NCBI GenBank assembly: GCA_947039455.1
Contig: CAMQZB010000001.1
Span: forward strand, 335,877-399,876
DNA length: 64,000 nt
DNA from: an uncultured Clostridia bacterium
Lineage (GTDB): Bacteria; Bacillota; Clostridia; Christensenellales; CAMQZB01
Direction: 5' to 3'
Positions 36,516 through 45,496 of this stretch are shown one piece after another. Below the pieces are notes generated by a model, which was given only the letters and a program-made list of their open reading frames with translations, searched no databases and was not told the DNA's origin. The position numbers were made by a program, and so were the translations under genes. Numbering within the stretch: position 1 is the first letter of the stretch; each line of letters starts with the position of its first letter.

Positions 36516-37942
36516 TATTTTGTCCTCCCAAGAAGCATTTCAGAATTTACACCACTCTTTGTTACTTCTAACATTGATATCTCAAGTTCTCTTGACAATA
36601 TTTCCATTACTCTTGAAGTGCAAAAACCTGCTTGACAACGCCCCATTCCAGCTCTTGTCCTACGTTTTATTCCATCTAAATCTTTTGCGCCAAGCGGTCT
36701 TTTTATACTATCAACAATTTCGCCCTCAGTTATCATTTCACAACGACACACAATATTTCCATACAAAGGGTTTTTAGCAATACATTCTAACCTTTTTGCA
36801 TTATCCATTACCGCAAAATGAGGTATTGCCTCTCTTGTTGCTACGAATTTTTCATTTTTATTTAGCTCATACTTAGTTGATATTTCATTAGCTATGTGTA
36901 CTGCAAGTGCTGGTGCAGATGTAAGCCCTGGAGACTCAATTCCTGCTAAATTATAGAATGCTTTCACTTTGCTTTCACCTACTACAAAGTCATCGCCAAT
37001 AGAATGTGCTCTGATTCCAGAGAATGCTGTTATTATCATACGCTTTGAAATTGAAGGTACTGTATTTTGTGCGCTTTCATAAATACTATCAAGTTCGTTG
37101 CGTTTTGTTGATAAACTAATTTTACTATCTACATCAACTGCAGTTGGCCCTAACAATATATTTCCATGAGTTGTTGGTGTAACTAAAACTCCTTTACCCA
37201 TCTTTGTTGGAAGTTGAAACAATGTGTGAGTGCATAAATCACCATGTACTTTATCAAGCAAAATATAGTCGCCCTTTCTTGGTATGATATGCAATTTTTC
37301 TTCACATACAAGGTTGTTAATTTCATCAGAAAACACTCCTGCACAGTTTATAACTATTTTACTTTGTAAAACTGAACCGTCACTACACTTTACTGAAAAA
37401 ATTTCTTCATTCTTCTCTATTTCAATTACTTCTTTTAAAAATTGAAATTCAACACCATTGTTATAAGCGTTTTCTGCATATGCAATATTCATTTCATAAG
37501 GTGAAACAATACCACCTGTTTTTGCGAATAATGCTGAATGCACTTTTTCTGATATGTTTGGTTCTAATTCTCTAACTTTTTCACCTGAAATTATTTCAAG
37601 TCCCTCTACTCCATTTCCAATTCCTTTTTCATAAAGAGATTCTAATGCTTCCGCTTGATTTTCATCAAAACACAAAACTAGCGAACCATTTCTAATAAAT
37701 GGAAACTGCAATTCTTCACTTAATTTATCAAACATTGCATTTCCTGCAATGTTGAACTTTGCTTTGTTAGAACCTGATTTTGCATCAAATCCACCATGAA
37801 CAATTCCGCTGTTAGCTTTTGTTGTACCAACAGAAACGTCATTTCCTTTTTCCAAAACAGTTACACTTACACTATAACGCGATAATTCACGAGCAATACT
37901 GCTACCAACTATTCCGCTTCCGATTATAATAATATCTTTCAT
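36515..37942 (-). CDS. FAD-dependent glycerol-3-phosphate dehydrogenase/oxidase (GlpA/GlpD-like with BFD-like [2Fe-2S] C-terminal domain)
   Basis: IIIGSGIVGSSIAREL (DAO fold). C-terminal CRCE...RAGMGRCQAGFC. Start at ATG 37942 (SD GGAGGAG). Confidence 0.85.
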   Translation of the reverse strand: MKDIIIIGSGIVGSSIARELSRYSVSVTVLEKGNDVSVGTTKANSGIVHGGFDAKSGSNKAKFNIAGNAMFDKLSEELQFPFIRNGSLVLCFDENQAEALESLYEKGIGNGVEGLEIISGEKVRELEPNISEKVHSALFAKTGGIVSPYEMNIAYAENAYNNGVEFQFLKEVIEIEKNEEIFSVKCSDGSVLQSKIVINCAGVFSDEINNLVCEEKLHIIPRKGDYILLDKVHGDLCTHTLFQLPTKMGKGVLVTPTTHGNILLGPTAVDVDSKISLSTKRNELDSIYESAQNTVPSISKRMIITAFSGIRAHSIGDDFVVGESKVKAFYNLAGIESPGLTSAPALAVHIANEISTKYELNKNEKFVATREAIPHFAVMDNAKRLECIAKNPLYGNIVCRCEMITEGEIVDSIKRPLGAKDLDGIKRRTRAGMGRCQAGFCTSRVMEILSRELEISMLEVTKSGVNSEMLLGRTK

Positions 37943-38080
37943 TGAACTCCTCCAAAATATAAAAAAAGCATAATACAGCACAAAAAAAGACTTAGCGACA
38001 TTAAAATCACCACTCCTATTTTTGTATCAATATCATACTCTATAACTCTTGAGATATAAACACTCTATTTAATTATTTAT

Positions 38081-38109
38081 AGTATAACATAATAATTTTT
38101 CATTGTCAA
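38081..38109 (-). promoter_or_regulatory. Promoter of the glp catabolic operon
   Basis: Minus strand: TTGACA (38109-38104), 17 nt, TGTTATACT (-10 at 38086-38081). A ~130-nt leader with two U7 tracts follows. Confidence 0.55.
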
Positions 38110-38158
38110 TAGGTAAAATTAAATTTACACTAATTTTTTCTTTCATTAACTTAATTAT

Positions 38159-38725
38159 CTAAATTAAATCATAGTTCCACAAGTCATGTTTGCTGGTTGA
38201 GCACGCAATCGCACCTGCATCAAAGGCTTGCTTTACATTTTCTTTCGTTCTAATAAAACCACCTGCGATAAGAGCTATATTAGTTTGTTGTGAAAGCTCT
38301 TTAATTGCCTCGTATGCTATTCCTGGCATAATTTCAACTGCACATGGTTTGAATTTTTTAATATTATATATCGCACTATCCATTGATTGTTGGTCAATTA
38401 AAAACACACGATAAACTGCAAACATATTTCTCTCTGAACACAATTTTATAATATTTATTTTAGTTGATAAAACTCCATCTGGCTTAACATGCTTAGAAAT
38501 ATATTCAATGCTAGCCTCATCTTTTCCAAAACCTTCAGCTAGATCAATGTGAATAAAAACTTTTTTATTTGCACTATGAATTCGCTCTACAATTTCATCA
38601 ATAGTATTTATATTTGCTTTTAATAAAACAATATTATCGGCTTTACTTGCAATCGCACAATCTATTTGCTCATTATTTTTTACCGCACAAATAATTGTAT
38701 TTTTTTTAAATCCCTCTAATTCCAT
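38159..38725 (-). CDS. glpP: Glycerol uptake operon antiterminator GlpP
   Basis: 188 aa from ATG 38725 (MELEGFKKN..., SD GGAGGA). IHIDLAEGFGKD and IAGGFIRTKE patterns fit GlpP. The track extension to 38929 contains the promoter. Confidence 0.8.
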   Translation of the reverse strand: MELEGFKKNTIICAVKNNEQIDCAIASKADNIVLLKANINTIDEIVERIHSANKKVFIHIDLAEGFGKDEASIEYISKHVKPDGVLSTKINIIKLCSERNMFAVYRVFLIDQQSMDSAIYNIKKFKPCAVEIMPGIAYEAIKELSQQTNIALIAGGFIRTKENVKQAFDAGAIACSTSKHDLWNYDLI

Positions 38726-38765
38726 ACGTCCTCCGTCTATTGACCTTTGCATTTTACTCTTATAC

Positions 38766-38794
38766 AGCATATCATTGAAATCGCATGTTGTCAA
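38766..38794 (-). promoter_or_regulatory. Promoter of glpP
   Basis: Minus strand: TTGACA (38794-38789), 17 nt, TATGCT (38771-38766). Confidence 0.5.
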
Positions 38795-39038
38795 GAACAT
38801 TTTTCTAGTTAATAATTCAAATAAGTTTAGATTTAGATAAAAACATAAGGATTGCTTTTCGCATATTTGAACTGAACCCAATAAAGTAGACATTGAAATA
38901 AATGATCTCCTATGGCATAATAAAACCATAACAGGTTAATTTTATAGGCATTAGAAATGACAAAAACATTACGGTAACACATTTACTAAAGAAAGTAAAA
39001 CTATGAGGCAAACTGCTAAATTTTGATAGTAAAAAAAA

Positions 39039-39065
39039 AGAGCGATATTATTCGCTCTTTTTTGT
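39039..39065 (-). terminator. Terminator overlapping the stop codon of the 193-aa membrane protein gene
   Basis: A9, stem AGAGCGA / TCGCTCT with loop TATTAT, then T7. Confidence 0.65.
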
Positions 39066-39629
39066 TTTATTATTTAATAGAATATGTAGAATTACTCCGC
39101 CTACTATGGCACCTATTGTTCCTGCAATTATATCGGTCATGGTGTCCGTTAAACTTCCTAGTTGGGAGGATCGGTTCAGCATAATATCTGAAACGAATTC
39201 CCATATTTCCCAAAGTCCAGCTGATGCTATTGATATAAATGTAGAGGATAATACTATGATTTTTAATGGAATTTTACTTGTTTTTTCACTTTCCGACAGT
39301 TTCATAATAACAATATATCCAACAAATACTAGAAGAACACCGCTTGCTGAGTGTAATATTAAATCAAAACACGGTATTACATCATAAAAATTTAGCATAG
39401 TTCCTAAATACATTGAAAAGAATGCGAAAGTTACTGCTGGTAAATAGTATACTGCACTAATTTTTCCTAGAATTAAGTACATTCCAACTAATGTTCCAAT
39501 ACAAAGCACTGATGAAAATATTAGTATGTTTTTCGCTGTAACTGCGTCAACCACAGCTGTGATTATGTATAGTAACATTAATAATGCGGAGATAGTTGTA
39601 TTGATTTTTCTGGTTTTTTCTTTATTCAT
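39048..39629 (-). CDS. Polytopic membrane protein, unknown function (possibly YjdF/DUF2238-like; uncertain)
   Basis: 193 aa, ~6 TM. Conserved-looking DLILHSASG...WEIWEFVSD...DTMTDIIAGTIGA. Follows the GT2 gene after a 32-nt gap. Confidence 0.5.
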   Translation of the reverse strand: MNKEKTRKINTTISALLMLLYIITAVVDAVTAKNILIFSSVLCIGTLVGMYLILGKISAVYYLPAVTFAFFSMYLGTMLNFYDVIPCFDLILHSASGVLLVFVGYIVIMKLSESEKTSKIPLKIIVLSSTFISIASAGLWEIWEFVSDIMLNRSSQLGSLTDTMTDIIAGTIGAIVGGVILHILLNNKTKKSE

Positions 39630-39661
39630 TGTTGCTCCTTGACTGGTTTTTATCTATGTTA

Positions 39662-40906
39662 TTATTTTTGCACTATAGTTGATTTGTGTGTTATTGCATG
39701 CCATTTTGTTTGTTTTTTCACTAGACTTATTAGGCATATCACCATGTAACTAACCATGTATATCCAATATGAAAAAGCTGCTTTTGCCATTTTGAAAACT
39801 TTTCTGTTCTCAATTGATATTACTGAAAAGGCTGTAATTGTGGAAATAATGAAAGTATTTAATATCATTATTACTAGTGGTAAGAAAACAATAATTGATG
39901 TTGGTATATTAAGTTGCATAAAATACAATTCACCTGAAATTCCTGCCACTATCATTGTTAGAATTGTGTTCACTATCACTAATACTTGCATCACGGTTTT
40001 TGTTATTTGCATCAACGTATCCATTGCTAATACGCTTCTTTTCTTTACTGCATTTTTAATTAGCGGTTTGAAATACTTGCCTATTACTTGCCAATCGCCT
40101 GTGGTCCACCTACGGCGTTGCTTCCAACTTTCTTTGGATATTAATGGCTGTTCATCGTAAAACTTTGCATTCTCATTATATGTTACTTTTATATCATTAC
40201 ATGCACATAAAACATTAAATTCGTTATCTTCTGTGATAGTTTCTGTATTCCAACCACCCAACTTCTCAAAGGCATTTCTACTTACCATAAACCCCGTTCC
40301 TGTGATTGCACAAGGTAAATTAAGTTTTTGTCTACTTCCATTATAGAACTTACTTAATACCCAAAACGATATTGATGATCTGCCTGACGTGCTTGTTTCA
40401 TACGGGTTTTTACTGTCCCTGTAACCTGTAACTACTTGTTCACCATTTTCTAGTGATTTATTCATTTCCTTTAAGAAATTCACATCAACTACGTTATCCG
40501 CATCAAAGATACATATTCCATCAAAATCTTTGTTCTTCATACAATATTCAATGGTTTCATGAAGTGCATCGCCTTTGTTTTTTACACTTTGTTTTGGCTC
40601 GTATATTGACGCACCCATTTTTAAAGATACTTCCGCTGTGCGGTCTTGACAATTATTTGGAATGACTATAATTTCGTACTTGTTTTTATCATAATTTTGC
40701 TTTTGCAAACTATTAATTACTTGCCCAATTACCCCCTCTTCATTACGTGCTGCAATTAGACACAATATCTTATTATCACGGGTTGCAACAGCTCTTTCTC
40801 GCTTCTTTTTAAATAAACTTATTACTACTACTGTTAGTTGATACAAACCATAAGCTGTTAGAATTCCGCCCAGAATGTATGTTAATATTTTCAATGCTTC
40901 AATCAT
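39662..40906 (-). CDS. Membrane-integrated processive family-2 glycosyltransferase (PgaC/IcaA/HAS/cellulose-synthase-like)
   Basis: 414 aa. N-terminal TM, IFDADN (DxD), TEDNEF (TED), QRRRWTTG (QxxRW), 3-4 C-terminal TMs. Confidence 0.8.
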   Translation of the reverse strand: MIEALKILTYILGGILTAYGLYQLTVVVISLFKKKRERAVATRDNKILCLIAARNEEGVIGQVINSLQKQNYDKNKYEIIVIPNNCQDRTAEVSLKMGASIYEPKQSVKNKGDALHETIEYCMKNKDFDGICIFDADNVVDVNFLKEMNKSLENGEQVVTGYRDSKNPYETSTSGRSSISFWVLSKFYNGSRQKLNLPCAITGTGFMVSRNAFEKLGGWNTETITEDNEFNVLCACNDIKVTYNENAKFYDEQPLISKESWKQRRRWTTGDWQVIGKYFKPLIKNAVKKRSVLAMDTLMQITKTVMQVLVIVNTILTMIVAGISGELYFMQLNIPTSIIVFLPLVIMILNTFIISTITAFSVISIENRKVFKMAKAAFSYWIYMVSYMVICLISLVKKQTKWHAITHKSTIVQK

Positions 40907-41079
40907 TTTTAATCACTTTTATTCCTTAGTATTTTATATTACTATTATACTAATTCATTTATTAATATTCAAGATGTAATTAAGTTAAGATTTTATTAAT
41001 ATTGCATTAAACTAGCTTCATGTTTATGAATATCTATATAAAATTAGAAGATATTATAGTTTTTAGACAATAAAAAAAA

Positions 41080-41107
41080 AGAGTGATTGTTATTCACTCT
41101 TTTTTTA
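41080..41107. terminator. Bidirectional terminator upstream of the GT2 region / downstream of the PTS island
   Basis: A9, stem AGAGTGA / TCACTCT, then T7. Confidence 0.65.
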
Positions 41108-41160
41108 TTGTTTTATAATATTTTATCACATCTAAAATTATATAATGTAAGGATAAATCA

Positions 41161-42240
41161 TTAAATTATTTTGAATGGAATCCATGGAACTATGAAATCA
41201 AGCATTTTGATTTCTGATCCAGCTAGATGTCCAACTACATTCTTGTTTCCGTCGTTATCCATAGCTTTTGTAACTATGTGAAGTTCGCCTTTATATCTGC
41301 CGTATCCGTTGTTAAGCACCACTATGTCACCTACATTTAGGTTGTGAGTGTTGTTTGGTTGAATATCCGCGTCTTTGTACGTAATTCTTGAAAACGTACT
41401 ACGAGCCATATATTCACTCATATCACCTCTAACAAAATGTGCGAATTCATAGACAATCTCTTTTTCAACATTGGAAAGTTCATATTCTTCTGTGATTTTA
41501 AAAGTTAATAATCCACGTTCAAGATCAGCTATAGCCTTTAGCTCAGCATCACTTGCAAATGCGTTTCCAATAATAACTTCATCAGCTCCAAGCATAAACA
41601 AATGTCTTGCTTGTAGGTCGATGTCTAAATATCTATGGTCTTCTAAAGTACATACGCCTTCAGAAACTGGCCAAGGCCCAACAGCGTCTTTCTCTTGTGA
41701 AGATACAAATGCTGAAATTTTCAAATTCATTCCTTTCAATATTTTATTACAATTATTGAAATGTTTTTCACTTAATCCACTATATTTTTGTGGATAGAAG
41801 TTGTGGCATGATACTAAATAGTCAGTGTTCGCCCCATATGCAATGATGTCGTCAATATACTTCGTCATTGTTGATGAGTTTACTTCTATTTTCAAATGCT
41901 CTTTATTATAGGTCATTCTTGCCGCATCAATAGATTCTATTCCGTCGTCAAGTCTGATTCCTTGTGCTCCAAGTTCTTTGAAAAATGATAAATCACTATA
42001 AGTCAAATTGTATTTTTGAAATACTACTGGCGATACATCTATTATAGATTCCATGTTGTATTTATTCGCTACTTTAAGTATTTTCTTAAAGTCAGATACT
42101 ACTTCATTCATGTCTTCGCTTGCTGATATTAAGCATGAGAATATTCTTGAATAGCCTAGCTTTCCAGCTTTTTCAACATATTCTATACATTTATCCATGT
42201 TGTTTTCGTTTGGATAAATTGAAATTCCTATTGTTCTCAT
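41161..42240 (-). CDS. DUF871 / MupG-family 6-phospho-glycosidase (6-phospho-N-acetylmuramidase-like)
   Basis: 359 aa. GISIYP...YVEKAGKLGYSRIFSCL...GIRLDDG pattern recalled for DUF871. Last gene of the PTS operon. Confidence 0.75.
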   Translation of the reverse strand: MRTIGISIYPNENNMDKCIEYVEKAGKLGYSRIFSCLISASEDMNEVVSDFKKILKVANKYNMESIIDVSPVVFQKYNLTYSDLSFFKELGAQGIRLDDGIESIDAARMTYNKEHLKIEVNSSTMTKYIDDIIAYGANTDYLVSCHNFYPQKYSGLSEKHFNNCNKILKGMNLKISAFVSSQEKDAVGPWPVSEGVCTLEDHRYLDIDLQARHLFMLGADEVIIGNAFASDAELKAIADLERGLLTFKITEEYELSNVEKEIVYEFAHFVRGDMSEYMARSTFSRITYKDADIQPNNTHNLNVGDIVVLNNGYGRYKGELHIVTKAMDNDGNKNVVGHLAGSEIKMLDFIVPWIPFKII

Positions 42241-42809
42241 TATTTCACCTCACTATTGTCTGATTCTATAGCACTATTGTTAATTTTTGAAATTCCTATT
42301 AGTTCAGAAACTTGATCTTGAACCAAAGCATCTGCTTGATTCATTCTCTCAATTTTGCCCTTAATTTTAGAACGATTTTCTAAAATATATCCTTTAATAG
42401 CTAAAAGCATTGTGCATATTTTTTTCTTTTTTCCACGTTGTGTTATCCACGTCATTAGTGAATAATTCCAATTCCTTGTAACCTTTTCAGACTTGCTATT
42501 TTCCTTGTATTCAAGAGAAATTCCGTCAGTTTCTTGGGTTATAGAATAAGTTGTATAATACTCAGTATCCCCTGTTTTTATTAACACAACATACTTTTCT
42601 AATGGAATATATTCTGTTACTTCAACTCTTACTCTAACATCTTTTCCATTAGTTCCTTGTAAATTTTTATAATATACAAATCCGCTAATAATATCTTCAA
42701 GAACTGCGTCATCTACACCGTAATGCTTAGCTTCTTTTTGACAAGAATTTCTAAGTACGTATATAAATTCGTCCGCATTTACAGGAATGAATTGTTTTAA
42801 TAATAACAT
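42240..42809 (-). CDS. Hypothetical protein, N-terminal ~135 aa DUF3284-like, with ~50-aa extra C-terminal tail
   Basis: 189 aa. The pattern ...YYKNL...VRVEVTEY...YTTYSI...LEYKEN...MLLAIKGYI resembles my memory of DUF3284, a PTS-cellobiose neighbour in Firmicutes. Not verified. Confidence 0.45.
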   Translation of the reverse strand: MLLLKQFIPVNADEFIYVLRNSCQKEAKHYGVDDAVLEDIISGFVYYKNLQGTNGKDVRVRVEVTEYIPLEKYVVLIKTGDTEYYTTYSITQETDGISLEYKENSKSEKVTRNWNYSLMTWITQRGKKKKICTMLLAIKGYILENRSKIKGKIERMNQADALVQDQVSELIGISKINNSAIESDNSEVK

Positions 42810-42818
42810 GTTACACCT

Positions 42819-43130
42819 CTATTTTTGCTTTTTTTGAGCTTTTTTCTCGTCTGAAATTCGTTTTTGAACAATTCTGTTGGCTTCAGCTTTTGCAAGTTGA
42901 GCTTCAGTTCTTGCTTTATTAAATTCGCTTTCTTCATTTTTCAACTCGGCTTCTCGTTCAGCTCTTTTTTCTTTTTTTCTTGAATAAGCAATAACTATTA
43001 TTCCAATTACAACGATTACTAATCCTTGAATTATTGTCATAGCCATTAAACTACCTTCATATAAAGGAGCTGCACCTATAAATAACAATCCGATTGTTAC
43101 AATAAATAATCCCCATTTCATACTGTTCAC
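42819..43130 (-). CDS. Small membrane protein (2 TM) with Lys/Glu-rich helical tail
   Basis: 103 aa. WGLFIVTIGLLFIGAAPL and IIQGLVIVVIGIIVIAY, then KKEKRAEREAELKNEE...KKAQKKQK. Confidence 0.45.
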   Translation of the reverse strand: MNSMKWGLFIVTIGLLFIGAAPLYEGSLMAMTIIQGLVIVVIGIIVIAYSRKKEKRAEREAELKNEESEFNKARTEAQLAKAEANRIVQKRISDEKKAQKKQK

Positions 43131-43166
43131 CGCCTTTATAAATATAATTACTAAATTTTTTCTAAA

Positions 43167-43382
43167 TTAAGCTATTGGATTTGCGTTTACTGTGAAATAC
43201 AAAACTTTTCCGTATGATGTTCCTTTGATTGCAACTTTTGCTTTTGCTATAGCTGTTTCATCATCGTCCGCACCAGTTTCAAACTTCATTCTAATACCTT
43301 TTAATCCTGCGAATGTGTAACCTAAGTCTTCAAGAGTTTTCTTGATTTCTTCTTTCTTCAATGCTGTTCCTACATAAATCAT
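43167..43382 (-). CDS. 71-aa hypothetical protein, translationally coupled to PTS IIA
   Basis: ATGA overlap with the IIA stop (43379-43382). Predicted beta-alpha-beta-beta-alpha-beta pattern. No family recognised. Confidence 0.45.
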   Translation of the reverse strand: MIYVGTALKKEEIKKTLEDLGYTFAGLKGIRMKFETGADDDETAIAKAKVAIKGTSYGKVLYFTVNANPIA

Positions 43383-43693
43383 TTTACAGCCCCCATTCTC
43401 TCATATAAATCAATAAATTGATTAGCTATTACTTTAAAATTATCAGCTGCCATAAGTTGGTCTTCTGCGTGAATTAATAATAAATGCTCTTGCGAAAAGT
43501 CTTTTGGGAACTCGCCATTAAACATTTCAAGATGTGCATGGTGTCCTTCTATATAACTTTTCTCGCCTTCTGCGATTAAATTTTTTGCTTCTGTAATATT
43601 ACCATTTTTCGCTTCGTCTATCGCCATGATGAACATGCTTTTAGCTGCTCCAACATTAGTGATGATTTGCATACAAGATAGTGTTAAATCCAT
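43379..43693 (-). CDS. PTS lactose/cellobiose-family EIIA
   Basis: 104 aa. ...AKSMFIMAIDEAKNGN..., LLLIHAEDQLMAA (active-site His region). Confidence 0.85.
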   Translation of the reverse strand: MDLTLSCMQIITNVGAAKSMFIMAIDEAKNGNITEAKNLIAEGEKSYIEGHHAHLEMFNGEFPKDFSQEHLLLIHAEDQLMAADNFKVIANQFIDLYERMGAVK

Positions 43694-43723
43694 AATTTTT
43701 TACTCCTTATAATTATATTTATC

Positions 43724-43749
43724 GAGGCTTGATCAAATAACCAAGCCTC
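43724..43749 (-). other. GC-rich intercistronic stem-loop between IIC and IIA
   Basis: Perfect 8-bp stem GAGGCTTG (43724-43731) / CAAGCCTC (43742-43749). No U-run follows on the transcript. Confidence 0.4.
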
Positions 43750-43779
43750 AACAATATATTTTTTTGTTCTAGTTAATTT

Positions 43780-45066
43780 CTAAACTTCTTCTGCATCAAG
43801 CTCTACGTCTTTTTGTCTGTTACCAACAATAACGAATACTGACCAGATAGCGATTGCGATTGCTAGGTTAAGAAGTGCAATCACACCACCTTGCCAACTT
43901 CTAGTTGCTAATACTGCACTTAGAATTGGTGGAAGTACCCATGGAACTGGGATAGCGTATGGTACGAATCCAATCCATGTGAAGAAATATCCGATTGAAA
44001 CCAACAGTGGGCTTATCAATAAGAATGGAATGAAGTACAATGGGTTCAATACTAGTGGTACGCCAAATGTTACTGGCTCATTAATGTTGAATACTCCTGG
44101 TGCTAAAGCTACTTTAGCTACTGCTTTTTCACCTGCTTTTTTACCGAATACTAAGATTGCGATAATAAGTGCTATTGTACAACCAGCACCACCCATCCAT
44201 GCAAAAATTTCGAATGAAGTTTTTGTGAACATGTATGGTAGAGCTTCTCCAGCTCCTGCTGCTACTCCGTTTGCTGTTGCTGCTGTTCCGTATAAACCTT
44301 CTGTGATTACTCCAAGAATGTTTGGTCCGTGTAGTCCGAAGAACCACAATAATTGAACTAACAATGCAAATCCGATTATGAATCCAAAGTTTTGCGTAAT
44401 TCCCATTGCTGGTTGTTGTACAAATGTTGAAATCCAATCTTGTAAGCTTGATCCAAGTAATTTTGGAAGATATATTCCTAAAATAGAGAATAAGTAGATT
44501 ACTAGTATTCCAGGAATCATTGCATTAAATGCTTTTGATATCGCTGGAGGAACTCCCTCTGGCATTTTAATTTTTAGTGGTGTTTTACATAAACCTACGA
44601 ATGCGAATGATGCTCCAATTGCAATTATCATACATGAGAACAACGCGTTTACATTTGTGTAAGTCCATGATACATTTCCCCATGTTCCAGTTGCACCTTG
44701 TGGTGTGAAACAGAAGAATGCTGCAAGTGCTACAAGTGTTGTGCCTAATGCATCTACGTTCCAGTTTTTACCTATTTGATAAGCAAGAGCTGCTACAAAT
44801 AGAAGTGAGAACAATGCTGACGCACCCCACCAAACTGCACCGTTTACTGCGATTAATGGCGCAAAGAATTCAGTAATTCCAGTCCAACCATATTGTGTTG
44901 GAATATCTCTTACTAGTGCATTCAAAAGTACAGCTACTGCATTTGCCATTGTGATTGGCATTAATGTAATAAATGCATCACGAATTGAGATTAAAAATCT
45001 GTTTGAACCGATTTTTGCTGCTATTGGAACGAAGTATCTCTCCATCCAATTAAAAAATGTATTCAT
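43780..45066 (-). CDS. PTS cellobiose/lactose-family EIIC permease
   Basis: 428 aa polytopic. MERYFVPIAAKIGSNRFLISIRDAF start is typical of CelB/LicC-type IIC. Confidence 0.9.
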   Translation of the reverse strand: MNTFFNWMERYFVPIAAKIGSNRFLISIRDAFITLMPITMANAVAVLLNALVRDIPTQYGWTGITEFFAPLIAVNGAVWWGASALFSLLFVAALAYQIGKNWNVDALGTTLVALAAFFCFTPQGATGTWGNVSWTYTNVNALFSCMIIAIGASFAFVGLCKTPLKIKMPEGVPPAISKAFNAMIPGILVIYLFSILGIYLPKLLGSSLQDWISTFVQQPAMGITQNFGFIIGFALLVQLLWFFGLHGPNILGVITEGLYGTAATANGVAAGAGEALPYMFTKTSFEIFAWMGGAGCTIALIIAILVFGKKAGEKAVAKVALAPGVFNINEPVTFGVPLVLNPLYFIPFLLISPLLVSIGYFFTWIGFVPYAIPVPWVLPPILSAVLATRSWQGGVIALLNLAIAIAIWSVFVIVGNRQKDVELDAEEV

Positions 45067-45163
45067 ATTTCCTCCTTTTGCAAGAGCTTCTATTCTCCTG
45101 CTTCCCTAATTTATATTTCACAAGGCTTTGCCTCATAAATACCTAAAAAAATTATAATTGCAA

Positions 45164-45475
45164 TTATTTTTTGAAGTTATCAATTGCTTCGATAGCTTTT
45201 GCAAGCACCGTTTTGCCATCAAGTCTTCCGTATGAAAGCATCTCGATTACCATAACTGGTTTTTCGTTATTAACGTTCTTTTTCATTTGGTTTTCCAAAA
45301 ATCTTACTTGTGGTCCAAGTAAAACAATGTCAGCTTTTGGAATTTCTTCTTTGCCGTCCGCTACGCCAACTGCCCAGATTTTAGCTTCGATTCCTTGTTC
45401 TTTAGCTGAGTCTTCCATTTTCTTAACAAGCATGCTAGTTGACATTCCTGCTGAACAAACTAATAATATATTCAT
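45164..45475 (-). CDS. PTS lactose/cellobiose-family EIIB
   Basis: 103 aa. MNILLVCSAGMSTSMLV (active-site Cys). Confidence 0.9.
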   Translation of the reverse strand: MNILLVCSAGMSTSMLVKKMEDSAKEQGIEAKIWAVGVADGKEEIPKADIVLLGPQVRFLENQMKKNVNNEKPVMVIEMLSYGRLDGKTVLAKAIEAIDNFKK

Positions 45476-45496
45476 AATTCACCTCTTTATATTTAT

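Noticed and set aside
38726-38929. N-terminal extension of the glpP ORF in the track (256 aa versus 188 aa).
   Set aside because: The extension contains the TTGACA-17-TATGCT promoter. The ATG at 38725 has a GGAGGA SD and gives a GlpP-sized protein.
40958-41003. Direct repeat TTTATTAATATT (40958-40969 and 40992-41003) upstream of the GT2 gene.
   Set aside because: It is a 12-nt A/T-only match in a nearly pure A/T spacer, so chance occurrence is plausible. There is no dyad symmetry or further copies.
4250-41100. Recurrent terminator stems AGAGCGA/TCGCTCT (4250, 26326, 39039) and AGAGTGA/TCACTCT (41080), plus three AAAAAAGACC(T/A)AAG-type hairpins (5751, 17576, 53212), considered as a dispersed REP/MITE-like repeat family.
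   Set aside because: The shared part is only ~7 bp plus A/T runs. Loops and flanks differ, and every copy sits exactly where a gene-end terminator is expected. This looks like convergence on a simple bidirectional terminator form rather than a mobile repeat.
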